This document shows positions 1-9,171 of a DNA stretch of 47,920 nucleotides, piece by piece. This DNA is from a virus (lineage: Duplodnaviria > Caudoviricetes), in the IMG/VR virus record IMGVR_UViG_3300025387_000026, positions 1 to 47,920 of that record; one strand, 5' to 3'. Numbering within the stretch: position 1 is the first letter of the stretch; every line of letters starts with the position of its first letter. The position numbers and the translations under genes were made by a program. The notes beneath the pieces are model-generated. The model ran no database searches. It was not told where the DNA came from and was given only the letters and a program-made list of their open reading frames with translations.

Positions 1-328
1 TTCGGGTCCACCCTGCCAAGAGATGCTATCGCTGAAAGCATCGTCCGGCACTGGATCAGGTTTGCCTTCGCCGCGATAAAAAAAACGGCAAACCTTTTTC
101 TTTGGTGGCGTATCCTGCGGAGGCCATGGCGGTGCTGTACTTGAGCCGCCTTGCGGTGGTTTCTTGCCGCCGGAGCCACGAGGAGTTTTTAAATCTGCGA
201 ACACTCCGGCAGTATCAACCAACTTTTTCGCCCGCTCCCAGGTTTCGCATTTGCTGCAATGGCGTGCATGGCAAAAACAAGTAGGGACCGTCGTATAAAT
301 AAAATCAGCCATCTCCGCGATTAGTTCA
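1..328. repeat. Imperfect repeat, copy 1 (copy 2 at 45882-46212)
   Basis: Direct alignment: first 107 bp identical, then scattered substitutions and a 3-bp indel. Confidence 0.95.
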
Positions 329-342
329 ATTTCCGTTGTCAT
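1..342 (-). CDS. Hypothetical protein, truncated at the window edge; allele of 45630-46223
   Basis: Translates as MTTEIELIAEMADFIYTTVPTCFCHARHCSKC..., matching MTPTELIAEMADALYTLVPSCFCHAKHCSKC. Confidence 0.75.
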   Translation of the reverse strand, partial: MTTEIELIAEMADFIYTTVPTCFCHARHCSKCETWERAKKLVDTAGVFADLKTPRGSGGKKPPQGGSSTAPPWPPQDTPPKKKVCRFFYRGEGKPDPVPDDAFSDSISWQGGPE

Positions 343-829
343 CTGTCGCCACCTTTAAAAACTCTTCCAGGTTCGTGATCCTGTACAACTCAGTCGGCTT
401 CTTGTCCTGCCATGGTTTGCCTTTTTTCGGGGCAGGCTGGCAGTAAATCACGCAGACTTCATATTCATCCGGATAAACGTCGATGCTGATAAATTGCAGG
501 TTCCGGTCATCATCCGGAAGCCTGTGCCACTCTACAGCAACCGTCGCATCCACCGTCCCGGTTACACACGTTGGAGGCAGCTTTCGCCGGGATTCCAGCA
601 AGGTCAGGAGGCCAGTTGCCCTGGTGACCACCAGATCGGGTATCGGCGGGCATTCCGCGTCGAAATACTTTGCATGGACTGCTTGTGCCCTTCGCGGTGC
701 CGCCTTGATTTCTTCCCAGTTGGACATGATCTCCACCTTTGAAGTCTTCCCGTACTCCGCGAATCGTGGCTCCCGTGGCGAGCAGATCAGCCAATCACCG
801 TCAATGTCCACCAGCTCGGATTGACTCAT
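326..829 (-). CDS. Hypothetical phage protein
   Basis: 167-aa ORF, start overlaps the upstream stop. Confidence 0.7.
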   Translation of the reverse strand: MSQSELVDIDGDWLICSPREPRFAEYGKTSKVEIMSNWEEIKAAPRRAQAVHAKYFDAECPPIPDLVVTRATGLLTLLESRRKLPPTCVTGTVDATVAVEWHRLPDDDRNLQFISIDVYPDEYEVCVIYCQPAPKKGKPWQDKKPTELYRITNLEEFLKVATDDNGN

Positions 830-1077
830 CCCTGCCTCCTGATCACAAATGGCAGGGGTTTAATCGGCCACCTTGCGTCGATCCCCCACCAGGTGGCAAC
901 GTCGTCCCAACCTTCCAGCCATTTTTTGCGCATGTCTGGATCGGTGTAAGGGTTATCGTCTTTTGTCTCTCCCGCCAATCTCGCATCCGATCCCGCGTTG
1001 TACGCTCTCGCAAGGCATTCGGTCCGCCATTCGTTGGCCTTTTCGACCATCGCCCGCCCTACTGCTGCTGTCACCAT
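826..1077 (-). CDS. Rmf/CrpP-fold-like small protein
   Basis: AYNAG...AG...NPY...WLEGW pattern typical of ribosome modulation factor-like proteins; AAGGAG RBS. Confidence 0.6.
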   Translation of the reverse strand: MVTAAVGRAMVEKANEWRTECLARAYNAGSDARLAGETKDDNPYTDPDMRKKWLEGWDDVATWWGIDARWPIKPLPFVIRRQG

Positions 1078-1086
1078 GCCTGCTCC

Positions 1087-1350
1087 TTAAATACACTGAT
1101 ACCGCTTCGTATGGTCCCACTGCTGCATTACACCGAGAGAAACCAACCCACGTCTGCCCATCACACAAACCGCGACCTTCCGCACGTCCGGGAGGTCAAA
1201 TCCCTTAAGGCCAAAATCTTTTGGATTCCTTTTCCAGCACTCGACCGCCAATGCCTCGAAGGTAAAAGACCGCAGGCCAAATGCTGCCCTTGCAATGGCC
1301 AGAACCTTGGCCTTCTTAGTTGCTGGTAGCAATTTTCCCCGTGCTGCCAT
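1087..1350 (-). CDS. Hypothetical protein, possibly winged-helix DNA binding
   Basis: 87-aa basic ORF with GGAGG RBS, within the operon. Confidence 0.6.
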   Translation of the reverse strand: MAARGKLLPATKKAKVLAIARAAFGLRSFTFEALAVECWKRNPKDFGLKGFDLPDVRKVAVCVMGRRGLVSLGVMQQWDHTKRYQCI

Positions 1351-1687
1351 CGCCCCCTCCTAGTAGCTGTTCCACCAGTTCGACCGCCTCACCAGTGCCC
1401 ATTTGTTGCGGTGTCACCCTGATTAACCTGTAGCCCATCAGGGTCGCAGTGTTGTACTTCTCCATGTCCTTGATGAATCCCGACCCCCTGGTATGTCGAC
1501 CGCCGGACCAAACACCGCCTTCCACCTCCAAGGCGATCTTTTGATCAGGCCATGCGAAATCCATTCGCCAGCGTCGTTTTGGGTGGAATTTGTATTCTTC
1601 CACTGGCTCAGGTAATCGCCTCATGGCCAAGAGAGACTTGAAGAAAACATAACCGCATCCATCACCCAGCTTTATTTTTGCGCCCAT
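1316..1687 (-). CDS. PD-(D/E)xK endonuclease (DUF559/Vsr-like)
   Basis: EYKFHPKRRWRMDFAW...ALEVEGG...RH...D.EKYN motif. Confidence 0.85.
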   Translation of the reverse strand: MGAKIKLGDGCGYVFFKSLLAMRRLPEPVEEYKFHPKRRWRMDFAWPDQKIALEVEGGVWSGGRHTRGSGFIKDMEKYNTATLMGYRLIRVTPQQMGTGEAVELVEQLLGGGDGSTGKIATSN

Positions 1688-2009
1688 TATGCCTCCTGTT
1701 GTGGTCGATTATCGCGTCTACCGCCGCACGACTCACCGCGATTTTCCTGTCGTCATCCCAACTTAGGTAATAGACCTCTTCCAGCTCCACCGGACCCCCA
1801 ACTCGATCCCAGTTCGGCCCCGCGCTGACTGGCTGTTCTTGCCAGAGATGATCCAAAAGGGCGTCCTTGTTGTCCGCGATTAACACCCGCAACGGCTCTG
1901 GAAGTAAAGTCGGGTCACCTCGCAACGTGAGCCTCCAGCCATCCTGATATTCCGACCGCAAGCCAAACCCCAGCCGCTTCAGTGTGCCGATTAAGTTAGC
2001 GGCGTTCAT
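1662..2009 (-). CDS. Hypothetical protein with TubC N-terminal docking-like domain
   Basis: L..L.RLG..L.....G.RL.LRG...L...L...I..NK.ALL..L pattern. Confidence 0.6.
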   Translation of the reverse strand: MNAANLIGTLKRLGFGLRSEYQDGWRLTLRGDPTLLPEPLRVLIADNKDALLDHLWQEQPVSAGPNWDRVGGPVELEEVYYLSWDDDRKIAVSRAAVDAIIDHNRRHNGRKNKAG

Positions 2010-2236
2010 GGTTCAATTGGCGGAGGGGTCAAATGTGTCGTAATGATGTCCTCCTCCTCCTCCATCTGGTCGATCAGGTAATCCAGATCCCCGCCGTTGA
2101 TCTCGACGGATTCCTCCAGTTCTTCAATCCGGGTCTGAAGATCCTCAATGATTTTTTCGTATTTGTTCAATCGGGATTGCAATCGTTTCAGTTTTTGCAA
2201 AAACCGTCTGGCAATCAGTCTCCAGTTAAAGTCCAT
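2006..2236 (-). CDS. Coiled-coil hypothetical protein
   Basis: Heptad-rich 76-aa ORF whose stop overlaps the next start. Confidence 0.65.
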   Translation of the reverse strand: MDFNWRLIARRFLQKLKRLQSRLNKYEKIIEDLQTRIEELEESVEINGGDLDYLIDQMEEEEDIITTHLTPPPIEP

Positions 2237-2239
2237 TTG

Positions 2240-2600
2240 TTCTATCCCTGTCTGTTGGATACTTGTTTCCGTTTGGTCAAGATTTCCTTAGTAGCTTCGG
2301 GGTTAAGCGAGGGCATACTGCACCCTGTTGCAGGTGCAGCAAACCAGCTTACGGGTGTATCGCGTCGGGTTTTTAGCACGGTACTCCGGATCTTTCAGGG
2401 GGCCGCCAGTGCCTGCCTCGATGCCCAACCCCATCTCGTCGATTCCGTTTCCCCAGGCGGGTGTCTGCTGGGCGATTCAAGGAACCGCCCAGCCGTCCTG
2501 GTATTGTCTTTTCGTCCGTTGCGTCGCAGGGTGCCGGAGCCTTACTGCCTGAGATGACGCTGTCTTCGCTCAACCGGGAGCCTATATGGGTTTACTTGTA
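2240..2600 (-). ncRNA. Candidate structured non-coding RNA or replication origin
   Basis: No convincing ORF; several nested inverted repeats such as GCTGGGCG..CGCCCAGC and CTGCACC..GGTGCAG. Confidence 0.35.
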
Positions 2601-2603
2601 CAA

Positions 2604-2816
2604 TTACTGTAGTGTAATTGATGAAACGGGGAAAGACTGTATCTCACAATTTTTCCACATTTTCGGCAAAATATTTTGCACGACAGTTTGGTCATGACTG
2701 GGAAGGTCTTCAAGAATTTCCAAAATCCGATCCAGAGCCACCAAAACAGGCCGGGAAATCCGTCTGGCTGATGGCGCGATCATAACCTCTGGTGCTGCTG
2801 CGTTAATCGTTGACAT
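2604..2816 (-). CDS. Hypothetical protein
   Basis: 70-aa ORF with AAGGA RBS. Confidence 0.5.
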   Translation of the reverse strand: MSTINAAAPEVMIAPSARRISRPVLVALDRILEILEDLPSHDQTVVQNILPKMWKNCEIQSFPVSSITLQ

Positions 2817-2830
2817 TGCAATTTTCCTTT

Positions 2831-2846
2831 AAAAAAAAAAAAAAAA
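2831..2846. repeat. A16 homopolymer (T16 on the coding strand)
   Basis: Seen directly in the intergenic gap. Confidence 0.9.
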
Positions 2847-2848
2847 GC

Positions 2849-3148
2849 CTAGTTCTTCCCGTTCATGTGATACCCGTTGCCGTTTGGTCGCGCTGGCGTA
2901 GCTGGTGATAATGTTTGTTTCGCTGGTGCCGCTGGTGTTGATGCTGGAGTGATCGGCGCTGGCTTTTCCATCACATGGGGGAAAAGCAGGTCATAGAGTT
3001 CGCCGAATTTTGATTGCATTTCTCTTTCGTATCTCCGGATAACAAAAAGGGTTTTATCGCTGGTTTCTGCAAAAAAGCCACGGAATAAAATGCCTTCCAA
3101 TTTCTGTTGAAGCAGGAGACTGAACTCTTCTTTTGTTGGCTTGCTCAT
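2849..3148 (-). CDS. Hypothetical protein with Pro/Ala-rich tail
   Basis: 99-aa ORF, ATGA overlap with the upstream gene. Confidence 0.7.
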   Translation of the reverse strand: MSKPTKEEFSLLLQQKLEGILFRGFFAETSDKTLFVIRRYEREMQSKFGELYDLLFPHVMEKPAPITPASTPAAPAKQTLSPATPARPNGNGYHMNGKN

Positions 3149-3384
3149 GAAAATTTTTCCTTCCCTGTTGGCTTGTATATCGTTCCTGGTGGTAGCTGGA
3201 TCAGTATGTCATAAAGCCTGTCGTAATGTTCCTGAATATTGATTACATCCATCAAAACAGGCGTTCTCTGCTGATGATTCATCGGTCCCACTTCAACTTT
3301 TTCCATCGGTGTTAGGTGCAGGTACAGCCCCCGGCTTTTCAGGATTCCCAGCAATCGCTCGGTGGTTAAAATCTCGCTGCTCAT
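3145..3384 (-). CDS. Hypothetical protein, weakly TubC-N-like
   Basis: LL..L.SRGL.L.L pattern; overlaps the helicase stop. Confidence 0.6.
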   Translation of the reverse strand: MSSEILTTERLLGILKSRGLYLHLTPMEKVEVGPMNHQQRTPVLMDVINIQEHYDRLYDILIQLPPGTIYKPTGKEKFS

Positions 3385-4943
3385 TTTTCTAGCTCCTTTA
3401 CCAGTCTGCCAATGTGGAACGAGACCAGCCTCTTGCCCATTTTGTAAATTTCTTCCATGCTTTTCGAGTCTCCCGCTTCTTGAAACAGGTGAATTAGGTA
3501 CTTCACCTGCTTTTCTGTTGGCTGCTCCTTTCCTGGTGCCAGAGGTATGTCGGTCAGCCTTCTATATTCCTTCTGGAAAGGGGAAACCGAGTAGGTCTGG
3601 TAACTGGCTTTTGCCTTCACGCCTTTCATCTTTTCCGATGCTGCCCTCTCGATTTCCCGGAGTCTGGATTGCTCCTGAGAGATCAGGGCAAGCTCCAGTT
3701 GGCTGCGTAACAGGTTTGCCTTGGTCCCGACTGGCTTCGTGCTTCCCCTAAGCAGCTGGCCAGCATATTCGATTATTTCCGGACTGGTTTCTCCGGATAG
3801 TACGTCCGTTGCCGTGACGATCTTGTGCCTTCCGGCATTACCAGCGAAGTCGATGATTAATACATCCGGCTTGCCACTCGCAGCAATCGCCCGCCGACGT
3901 TGATCAGGGCACTCAATCCCCTCAATCACTCCGGGCAAAACTCTGGTTCCTCTCCCCAATACCTGCGTATAAAGGGGAAGACTCTTGGTAGGTCGTGCCA
4001 TCACTACCGCCGCTGTCGTGGGAGCGTCAAAGCCTTCAAGAAATAACCCGCAATTAAGCAAATGCTGGATTTTTCCTTCCTTGTACTTGGAGATAATTTC
4101 CCGCCTCCGCAGTTTGTCTGTATTGCCGGATAGGTATTCCACCCGCCCGAATTCGGTATAGCGTTCCAGTACCAGGGCAAGGCTTTTGGCGTGGTTCACG
4201 CTGGCAGCAAACCAGAGGGTAGGGCGTTTGCCGACGATTTCATAAGAACTGGCCACCATCTCGTGCAATGGCTTCTCTTCATTGAGAATCCGATCAAGAT
4301 CCCCGGCATTAAAATCCCCGCCCACACTCCGGGCCTTTGAAAAGTCCAACCCATCGACCTTCACCACCTGTTGATGGATCGGAACCAGGTAGCCCGCCTC
4401 GGTTGCATCCTCAATGCCGTACTGATAGGAGATGGTAGAACAGATCCCGTCCAGCCCTTTTTTGTCGTGGCGTTTGGGTGTTGCCGTCACCAGCAACAGC
4501 TTGTAATTGCAAAAATAGCCCAACATTTTCAGATAGCTTTCACCCGCCGCGTGATGCCCTTCGTCGATGATGATTAAACTAAAATAATCTCGGGGAAACC
4601 TGCTGATCCTGCCAACAGAGGATAGGGTCTGGATACTGGCCACAACGTAAGGACTACCGAGAGTATTGCAGGCAACCGCCCGATATTGCCCCATTTCGAT
4701 GTCCGGATGTTCGCCGGTTATCTCCCGGATTTTTTCCGCTGCCTGTTCAATGAGTTCCTCCCGGTGAGCTACCACCAGCACACGACCGGGCCGGGCTAGG
4801 TGGTTTCTCCATCTATCGGCGAGCGTGCAAAAAACAACGGTTTTACCGCATCCCGTAGCCAGTTCAAGGAGCGTGGAATCGTGCTGCTCCAGTTGTGTTT
4901 CGATTGATGCTATGGCTTCCTGCTGGTACTTCCTCAGTCTCAT
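3381..4943 (-). CDS. SF2 DExH helicase (ResIII/Irc3-like)
   Basis: LRKYQ Q-motif, ATGCGKT, DEGHH, TATP, EGFDAP, Q.LGRG.R. Confidence 0.95.
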   Translation of the reverse strand: MRLRKYQQEAIASIETQLEQHDSTLLELATGCGKTVVFCTLADRWRNHLARPGRVLVVAHREELIEQAAEKIREITGEHPDIEMGQYRAVACNTLGSPYVVASIQTLSSVGRISRFPRDYFSLIIIDEGHHAAGESYLKMLGYFCNYKLLLVTATPKRHDKKGLDGICSTISYQYGIEDATEAGYLVPIHQQVVKVDGLDFSKARSVGGDFNAGDLDRILNEEKPLHEMVASSYEIVGKRPTLWFAASVNHAKSLALVLERYTEFGRVEYLSGNTDKLRRREIISKYKEGKIQHLLNCGLFLEGFDAPTTAAVVMARPTKSLPLYTQVLGRGTRVLPGVIEGIECPDQRRRAIAASGKPDVLIIDFAGNAGRHKIVTATDVLSGETSPEIIEYAGQLLRGSTKPVGTKANLLRSQLELALISQEQSRLREIERAASEKMKGVKAKASYQTYSVSPFQKEYRRLTDIPLAPGKEQPTEKQVKYLIHLFQEAGDSKSMEEIYKMGKRLVSFHIGRLVKELEK

Positions 4944-5986
4944 CTCACGACCTCCAACCTAGATTTCAAATCGTCGCTCGCCCCCACCCAGTTGGTCTCC
5001 GATACCCAACCCGCGCCGCTGCAACCGTTGCAATCAGGCTTGTCCTGCCCAGCGCATTTAGGGCAGATCGAAAAAGGCTTGCTGAACCTGATAGCGTTCT
5101 TGACGTTCGATAGGTCTCTAATTCGCCAATTCTGTTTCGCTGCGCTGCCCTCGCTATTGCACATCATCCGGAGTAACTTACCGCTCCCGGAGGGATGGGA
5201 GGCCATGTCGTGGATCTTCTTGGCTAGGCCGTTAAAGATGTTTTTGATTTCATGCCATTCGGCCACCTGTTCAAATACCTGCCTCAACCGCTCTGGTACG
5301 GCATGGCCAGCACTATCCAACATGATTGCACCTGGTTCCGGTGCCGCCTCTGGCTCCGCCTCTGGCTCGGAGTCAATTGCGTCCTCTGACTCCTGATCGG
5401 GTTCGGGTTTAGGATCGGGTTTCGTGTTCTTGCCAATGTTCGACGTGTTGATTGTTCGACCGTCTTTACCTACCGTCGACTTCGCTTTGTGCGAAGTCAA
5501 TTTAGGATCTTCCTTTTTTTCTTTAATCACTTTCCTAACAAAAGATTCCACAACCCCACACCAATCGGCGATTGCCGTATTACTTGGCCGGGGATTCTCA
5601 TCCTTCACCAGTTCCCAGTACATCACCACGGCTTTCCGTTTGTCGGCATTGGTCCGCTTCAATCCGTGCGATTTGTTCGCGCTGCAGGCGTATTTCTTGG
5701 CCTCGATCAGCCCTCCCTGTCTCACTTCGCATTCAATCGTCAGACCGCCTGTTTCCAGTGTGGCCATGACTCTGTGGGTGCCATCGCCCACGTAATACAG
5801 ATTTAGCGCGTCGTGATACACGATCACGGGAGGAAACTTCGCCCCGCTCTGGAGGGCATCGGCATACTCCTTGACGGTTTCCGCACATGTTGCCGCCCGT
5901 GCCTGGGTCTCCCCACCAAATCGAAGTGACGTGATGGGAAGAGTCCTGTAAGTGTTGGCCGGTTTTGCTGTCATCGTCGCTGTCAT
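4940..5986 (-). CDS. ParB/Srx N-terminal domain protein with HTH and C-terminal Cys motif
   Basis: FPPVIV...DGTHR...AN..HG..RT.ADKR; CPKC...CNGC.G.G. Confidence 0.85.
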   Translation of the reverse strand: MTATMTAKPANTYRTLPITSLRFGGETQARAATCAETVKEYADALQSGAKFPPVIVYHDALNLYYVGDGTHRVMATLETGGLTIECEVRQGGLIEAKKYACSANKSHGLKRTNADKRKAVVMYWELVKDENPRPSNTAIADWCGVVESFVRKVIKEKKEDPKLTSHKAKSTVGKDGRTINTSNIGKNTKPDPKPEPDQESEDAIDSEPEAEPEAAPEPGAIMLDSAGHAVPERLRQVFEQVAEWHEIKNIFNGLAKKIHDMASHPSGSGKLLRMMCNSEGSAAKQNWRIRDLSNVKNAIRFSKPFSICPKCAGQDKPDCNGCSGAGWVSETNWVGASDDLKSRLEVVR

Positions 5987-6012
5987 CTACTTAGCTCCTA
6001 TGGTTAGATTCC

Positions 6013-6210
6013 TCAACTCGCTGCTTTTTGTGATCTGCACTCAGGACAATCCCGACTATCCAGGTATCCGGCGATAGGGATCGGCTCGATAGATCCCTTG
6101 GTCCATGGTGGTGGGGTGAACTGGATCAGACCGGGACGCACATAGGGGACCAATACAGTGATTAGCCCCCTCCCGTTGCATCGCTGGCAAATAGGTTTTA
6201 GGCAGATCAT
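6013..6210 (-). CDS. Small zinc-finger protein
   Basis: CQRCNGRG and CPEC motifs. Confidence 0.65.
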   Translation of the reverse strand: MICLKPICQRCNGRGLITVLVPYVRPGLIQFTPPPWTKGSIEPIPIAGYLDSRDCPECRSQKAAS

Positions 6211-7184
6211 GCCGGGACCTCCAGTTCGCCAATTGCCTCGCCTTCCTGCTCAATGGCCATCCGCTCCCGGAGGTGTTCAATCAGTCGTTCACCTTGAGCG
6301 CGGACCAGCTGCTTTAGACTGTCTTTTTGAAACAAATCGAAAACAGTCTGCTGAACTACAGGCTTGCCAAAATATTCGATCAGGTCCTTAATCTCGGTAA
6401 ACTGCTCACCAGATAGAGGGACAACCTCTTCACCCGCTGGCGCTGGTGCTGCTGGTTGCTGCTCTGGCTGTCGTAGTACAGGGGTAGGAGCCTTCCCGGA
6501 GTTGAGCCACTGCAATAGGGTTTCGGCCAGCCTGGTATCCGGCTTGAGGATCACCGCGTCGGCCAAAGCAGGGATACGTGATTTGGTGACAACCAGCCGG
6601 TGGTCTACGTCGATGTCTCCCACAAGATCGAACTCATATTCCAGCCCGTCGCGCTGAACGGGAGCCATGCCAACCTTGCGGATGATGGTCTTTCCGCGCT
6701 CGTCCTTATCCTGCACATAGTCCATTTTGCTGCGGATCGTGGCGACGATGTGCATCTTGGATTGGACCATAGAATCCACCAATTTTTGTTGCATGGGTGT
6801 CACGTCTCGCCATGCCGTAAAACTGTTGGGAGATCGCATCCGGGCCTGAGCTTTGTCCACTTGCTCCAGCGCTCCGTCCTTACCTGCCCATGCGTGCGAA
6901 AGGCTGTCAATCACCAGACAATCGTATCCCGCTTCCTCTGCTGCTGCGATTGCCTCGCAGTACGTCTGAGGATGGAAGGAATCCAGCTCCAGCACGTCGA
7001 ACCCGAATAGGTCCGCATACTTCGACGCGCTGCCGTGCTCCGTGTCAATCACGGCCACCCGCTGTCCCAGTCCAGATGCTACTACAAGTGCCGTGTAGGT
7101 CTTGCCGCTCCCCGATGGGCCGATCAAGGCCAGACGTAGCTTGGATTGTGACTTGATTGCTTTTTTGAACCCGAACTTGCTCAT
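6207..7184 (-). CDS. AAA ATPase, Sak4-like recombinase
   Basis: GPSGSGKT, VIDTE, VIDSLSHAW, EYEFD. Confidence 0.88.
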   Translation of the reverse strand: MSKFGFKKAIKSQSKLRLALIGPSGSGKTYTALVVASGLGQRVAVIDTEHGSASKYADLFGFDVLELDSFHPQTYCEAIAAAEEAGYDCLVIDSLSHAWAGKDGALEQVDKAQARMRSPNSFTAWRDVTPMQQKLVDSMVQSKMHIVATIRSKMDYVQDKDERGKTIIRKVGMAPVQRDGLEYEFDLVGDIDVDHRLVVTKSRIPALADAVILKPDTRLAETLLQWLNSGKAPTPVLRQPEQQPAAPAPAGEEVVPLSGEQFTEIKDLIEYFGKPVVQQTVFDLFQKDSLKQLVRAQGERLIEHLRERMAIEQEGEAIGELEVPA

Positions 7185-7212
7185 GACTTTTACCCTTTAT
7201 GGTTGATTGCTG

Positions 7213-7362
7213 TTAGTGCCTAAAATTCGCGTCGGTGAGTTCTTCGATGGTCCGCTCCTGCCAGTGAATAACACTTTTACACCACCAGTAGCAGGACCAT
7301 AAACCGACAAAATACCCCACGCCGCCGCTGACTAATCCCACGACCAAAAAATCCCAGATCAT
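7213..7362 (-). CDS. Small membrane protein (49 aa, not in the ORF track)
   Basis: MIWDFLVVGLVSGGVGYFVGLW... preceded by AAGGAAGGAG. Confidence 0.55.
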   Translation of the reverse strand: MIWDFLVVGLVSGGVGYFVGLWSCYWWCKSVIHWQERTIEELTDANFRH

Positions 7363-7641
7363 GCTTAGACTCCTTCCTTTAAATGGTTAAAAAATCCTTT
7401 TTTGTAGGCTTTCCACGCTGACGAGGTTGAAACCAATCGATGAGAAAATCCCGTTGTCTCTGCAACAAAAAAACCTACAGTTTTGACACTGTTCACTCAC
7501 GGTCCGTCTCCTTTTAAAAAACCGGGAGGGAGTCATTACCCTCCCCCCCGGCGCTGTCCCCCCCGTGGCGCCTCTTTGTTGCCATCGGTTTAACCTAGTC
7601 CCGCCATGAGAAATAAAAGAACCACGAGGGTAGTCCAATAA

Positions 7642-7875
7642 TCACTCGCCCAAAAGTCCCGCCAGACATGGCGAGCAATAGCCGTCAAACCCAATCAGGG
7701 CTTGGCAATCGTGACAGCGGTACGGTTCATCCCATGCCTTCGCAGGCTCTGGTGCCTTCGCTGGTGGCGGTGTTTCCATCCGGCGATTGAACTCCTCAGC
7801 ACAACGAGGGCAGACCCCATCGTCACAATGTTCGTCGTGCCTATGACAGAAGTCTGATTCGTGCATCCAAAACAT
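7642..7875 (-). CDS. Cys/His-rich zinc-binding protein
   Basis: CHRH, CPRC, CHDC, CSPC. Confidence 0.65.
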   Translation of the reverse strand: MFWMHESDFCHRHDEHCDDGVCPRCAEEFNRRMETPPPAKAPEPAKAWDEPYRCHDCQALIGFDGYCSPCLAGLLGE

Positions 7876-7933
7876 GTCTTCACCCTTTCGAAAAAATGGG
7901 GGCTGGGCGTGCCCCCTGCTACAAGGAGTCTGG

Positions 7934-8257
7934 TTAGTTTCCGCTTACCCAATCAGGCAGGTCCATCCAGTGGAGTTCGATAGCCTGCAATGCTTCTTCA
8001 GCCGAGTACCAGGGCCATGTCGTGACAAAGCTGCACCACTCATTCAGGCCCTTCCGTTGCATGTCGGCCCACCACCTGCCGTTCATCTTGAACAGCCTGA
8101 TCCTCGGTCCGAACTGCGTGTGATACATGCAGTCCGCGCTGGTGTACTCGCTGCGTGACTGGTCTACACGGACCCAGCGATAACCGAAATTCTCGTTATC
8201 GAGTACGGGGTCAACGTCCTTCTTTACTGCTGAATTCGGGATGCAAATAGCGTTCAT
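7934..8257 (-). CDS. Hypothetical protein, first gene of the leftward early operon
   Basis: AAGGA RBS; lies downstream of the promoter at ~8346. Confidence 0.65.
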   Translation of the reverse strand: MNAICIPNSAVKKDVDPVLDNENFGYRWVRVDQSRSEYTSADCMYHTQFGPRIRLFKMNGRWWADMQRKGLNEWCSFVTTWPWYSAEEALQAIELHWMDLPDWVSGN

Positions 8258-8317
8258 TGGTCGTGTCCTTTCGCTGATTACTGTTGCGTTGTTGCGGTTG
8301 TTTGGTTGCCTACATTA

Positions 8318-8346
8318 GTTTTAGCGTGTGGCATGCCACCAGTCAA
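8318..8346 (-). promoter_or_regulatory. Sigma70-like promoter with palindromic operator
   Basis: TTGACT-17bp-TAAAAC on the - strand; the spacer holds the palindrome GTGGCATGCCAC. Confidence 0.6.
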
Positions 8347-8456
8347 CAGGAAAAGATAAAAACATGTAATAATATTTTGTAGTCTTCCAATACATGTCAC
8401 TTCATTGCTATAATATCTCTTGCCCAGCCCTTGCGAGGTATGACATGATTAACTGC

Positions 8457-8648
8457 ATGGCAAAGAAGCGTGACACTACTGATCGACACAAGCCGCGAAG
8501 GACCATTTCCTTTCCGGTGGATCTCTACGACGCCCTTTCTCGGCTCGCAGAGATAAACGAACGGCCATTGCAATGGCAGGTCCACCTGATCCTGAAAAAG
8601 GTTTTGGTTGAAGAAGGCTTGTGGCCGAAAGACCCCAAGGACAATTAA
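8457..8648 (+). CDS. Arc-like ribbon-helix-helix regulator
   Basis: RTISFPVDLYDALSRLAEINERPLQWQV; divergent from the early promoter. Confidence 0.75.
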   Translation: MAKKRDTTDRHKPRRTISFPVDLYDALSRLAEINERPLQWQVHLILKKVLVEEGLWPKDPKDN

Positions 8649-8659
8649 TCGAGACTCTC

Positions 8660-8839
8660 ATGTCCAACGATTTCTACTTTATCGCCAACATGCTTCTTGT
8701 CAGCGAAGGGGTTATGCAGCTTCATGTCCTGAAGATGCATGAAAAGGAAATTGAGGAAATCCTTGCCCGTCATCCAAAATGGAGAGACTCGAGCGCCATT
8801 GCAGGATGCTCCATTTCCGCCGTAAACCTCAACGATTGA
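8660..8839 (+). CDS. Hypothetical protein
   Basis: 59-aa ORF directly after the RHH gene. Confidence 0.4.
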   Translation: MSNDFYFIANMLLVSEGVMQLHVLKMHEKEIEEILARHPKWRDSSAIAGCSISAVNLND

Positions 8840-8841
8840 CA

Positions 8842-9096
8842 TCACTCAACCCCCAACCGCTTCAGGATCGACTTGGTACGGGACCGCGTGCCGCGTGCGA
8901 TCTGCAACCTGGTGCCAGGTTGATATGGCCGCACGGACCTTGCCACGGCCTCCAGCGAAGTCTTGATTTTTCCTCGCACATAGACCCCTTCCAGCTCCCC
9001 GCGCTGAATCATGGCCCTGACAGCCGCCCAGCTGCAACCGAGCTGGCGAGCAGCGCGAGAAAGGGGAATCAGTTTTTCCTGCGTCACGTCGATCAT
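8842..9096 (-). CDS. Excisionase-like HTH protein (DUF1580-like)
   Basis: EKLIPLSRAARQLG...RG.LE...RGKIKTSLEAV; GGAGG RBS. Confidence 0.75.
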   Translation of the reverse strand: MIDVTQEKLIPLSRAARQLGCSWAAVRAMIQRGELEGVYVRGKIKTSLEAVARSVRPYQPGTRLQIARGTRSRTKSILKRLGVE

Positions 9097-9171
9097 GCAG
9101 CGGCCCTCCAGTTGACATGGATTCATTTTCCACGTTTGCAAGGGCATCACGGATGCAAGTTGGGTGCATAG

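Noticed and set aside
1-328. DGR template/variable repeat pair with 45882-46212
   Set aside because: Mismatches are not adenine-specific, an indel is present, both copies are coding alleles, and no reverse transcriptase is seen.
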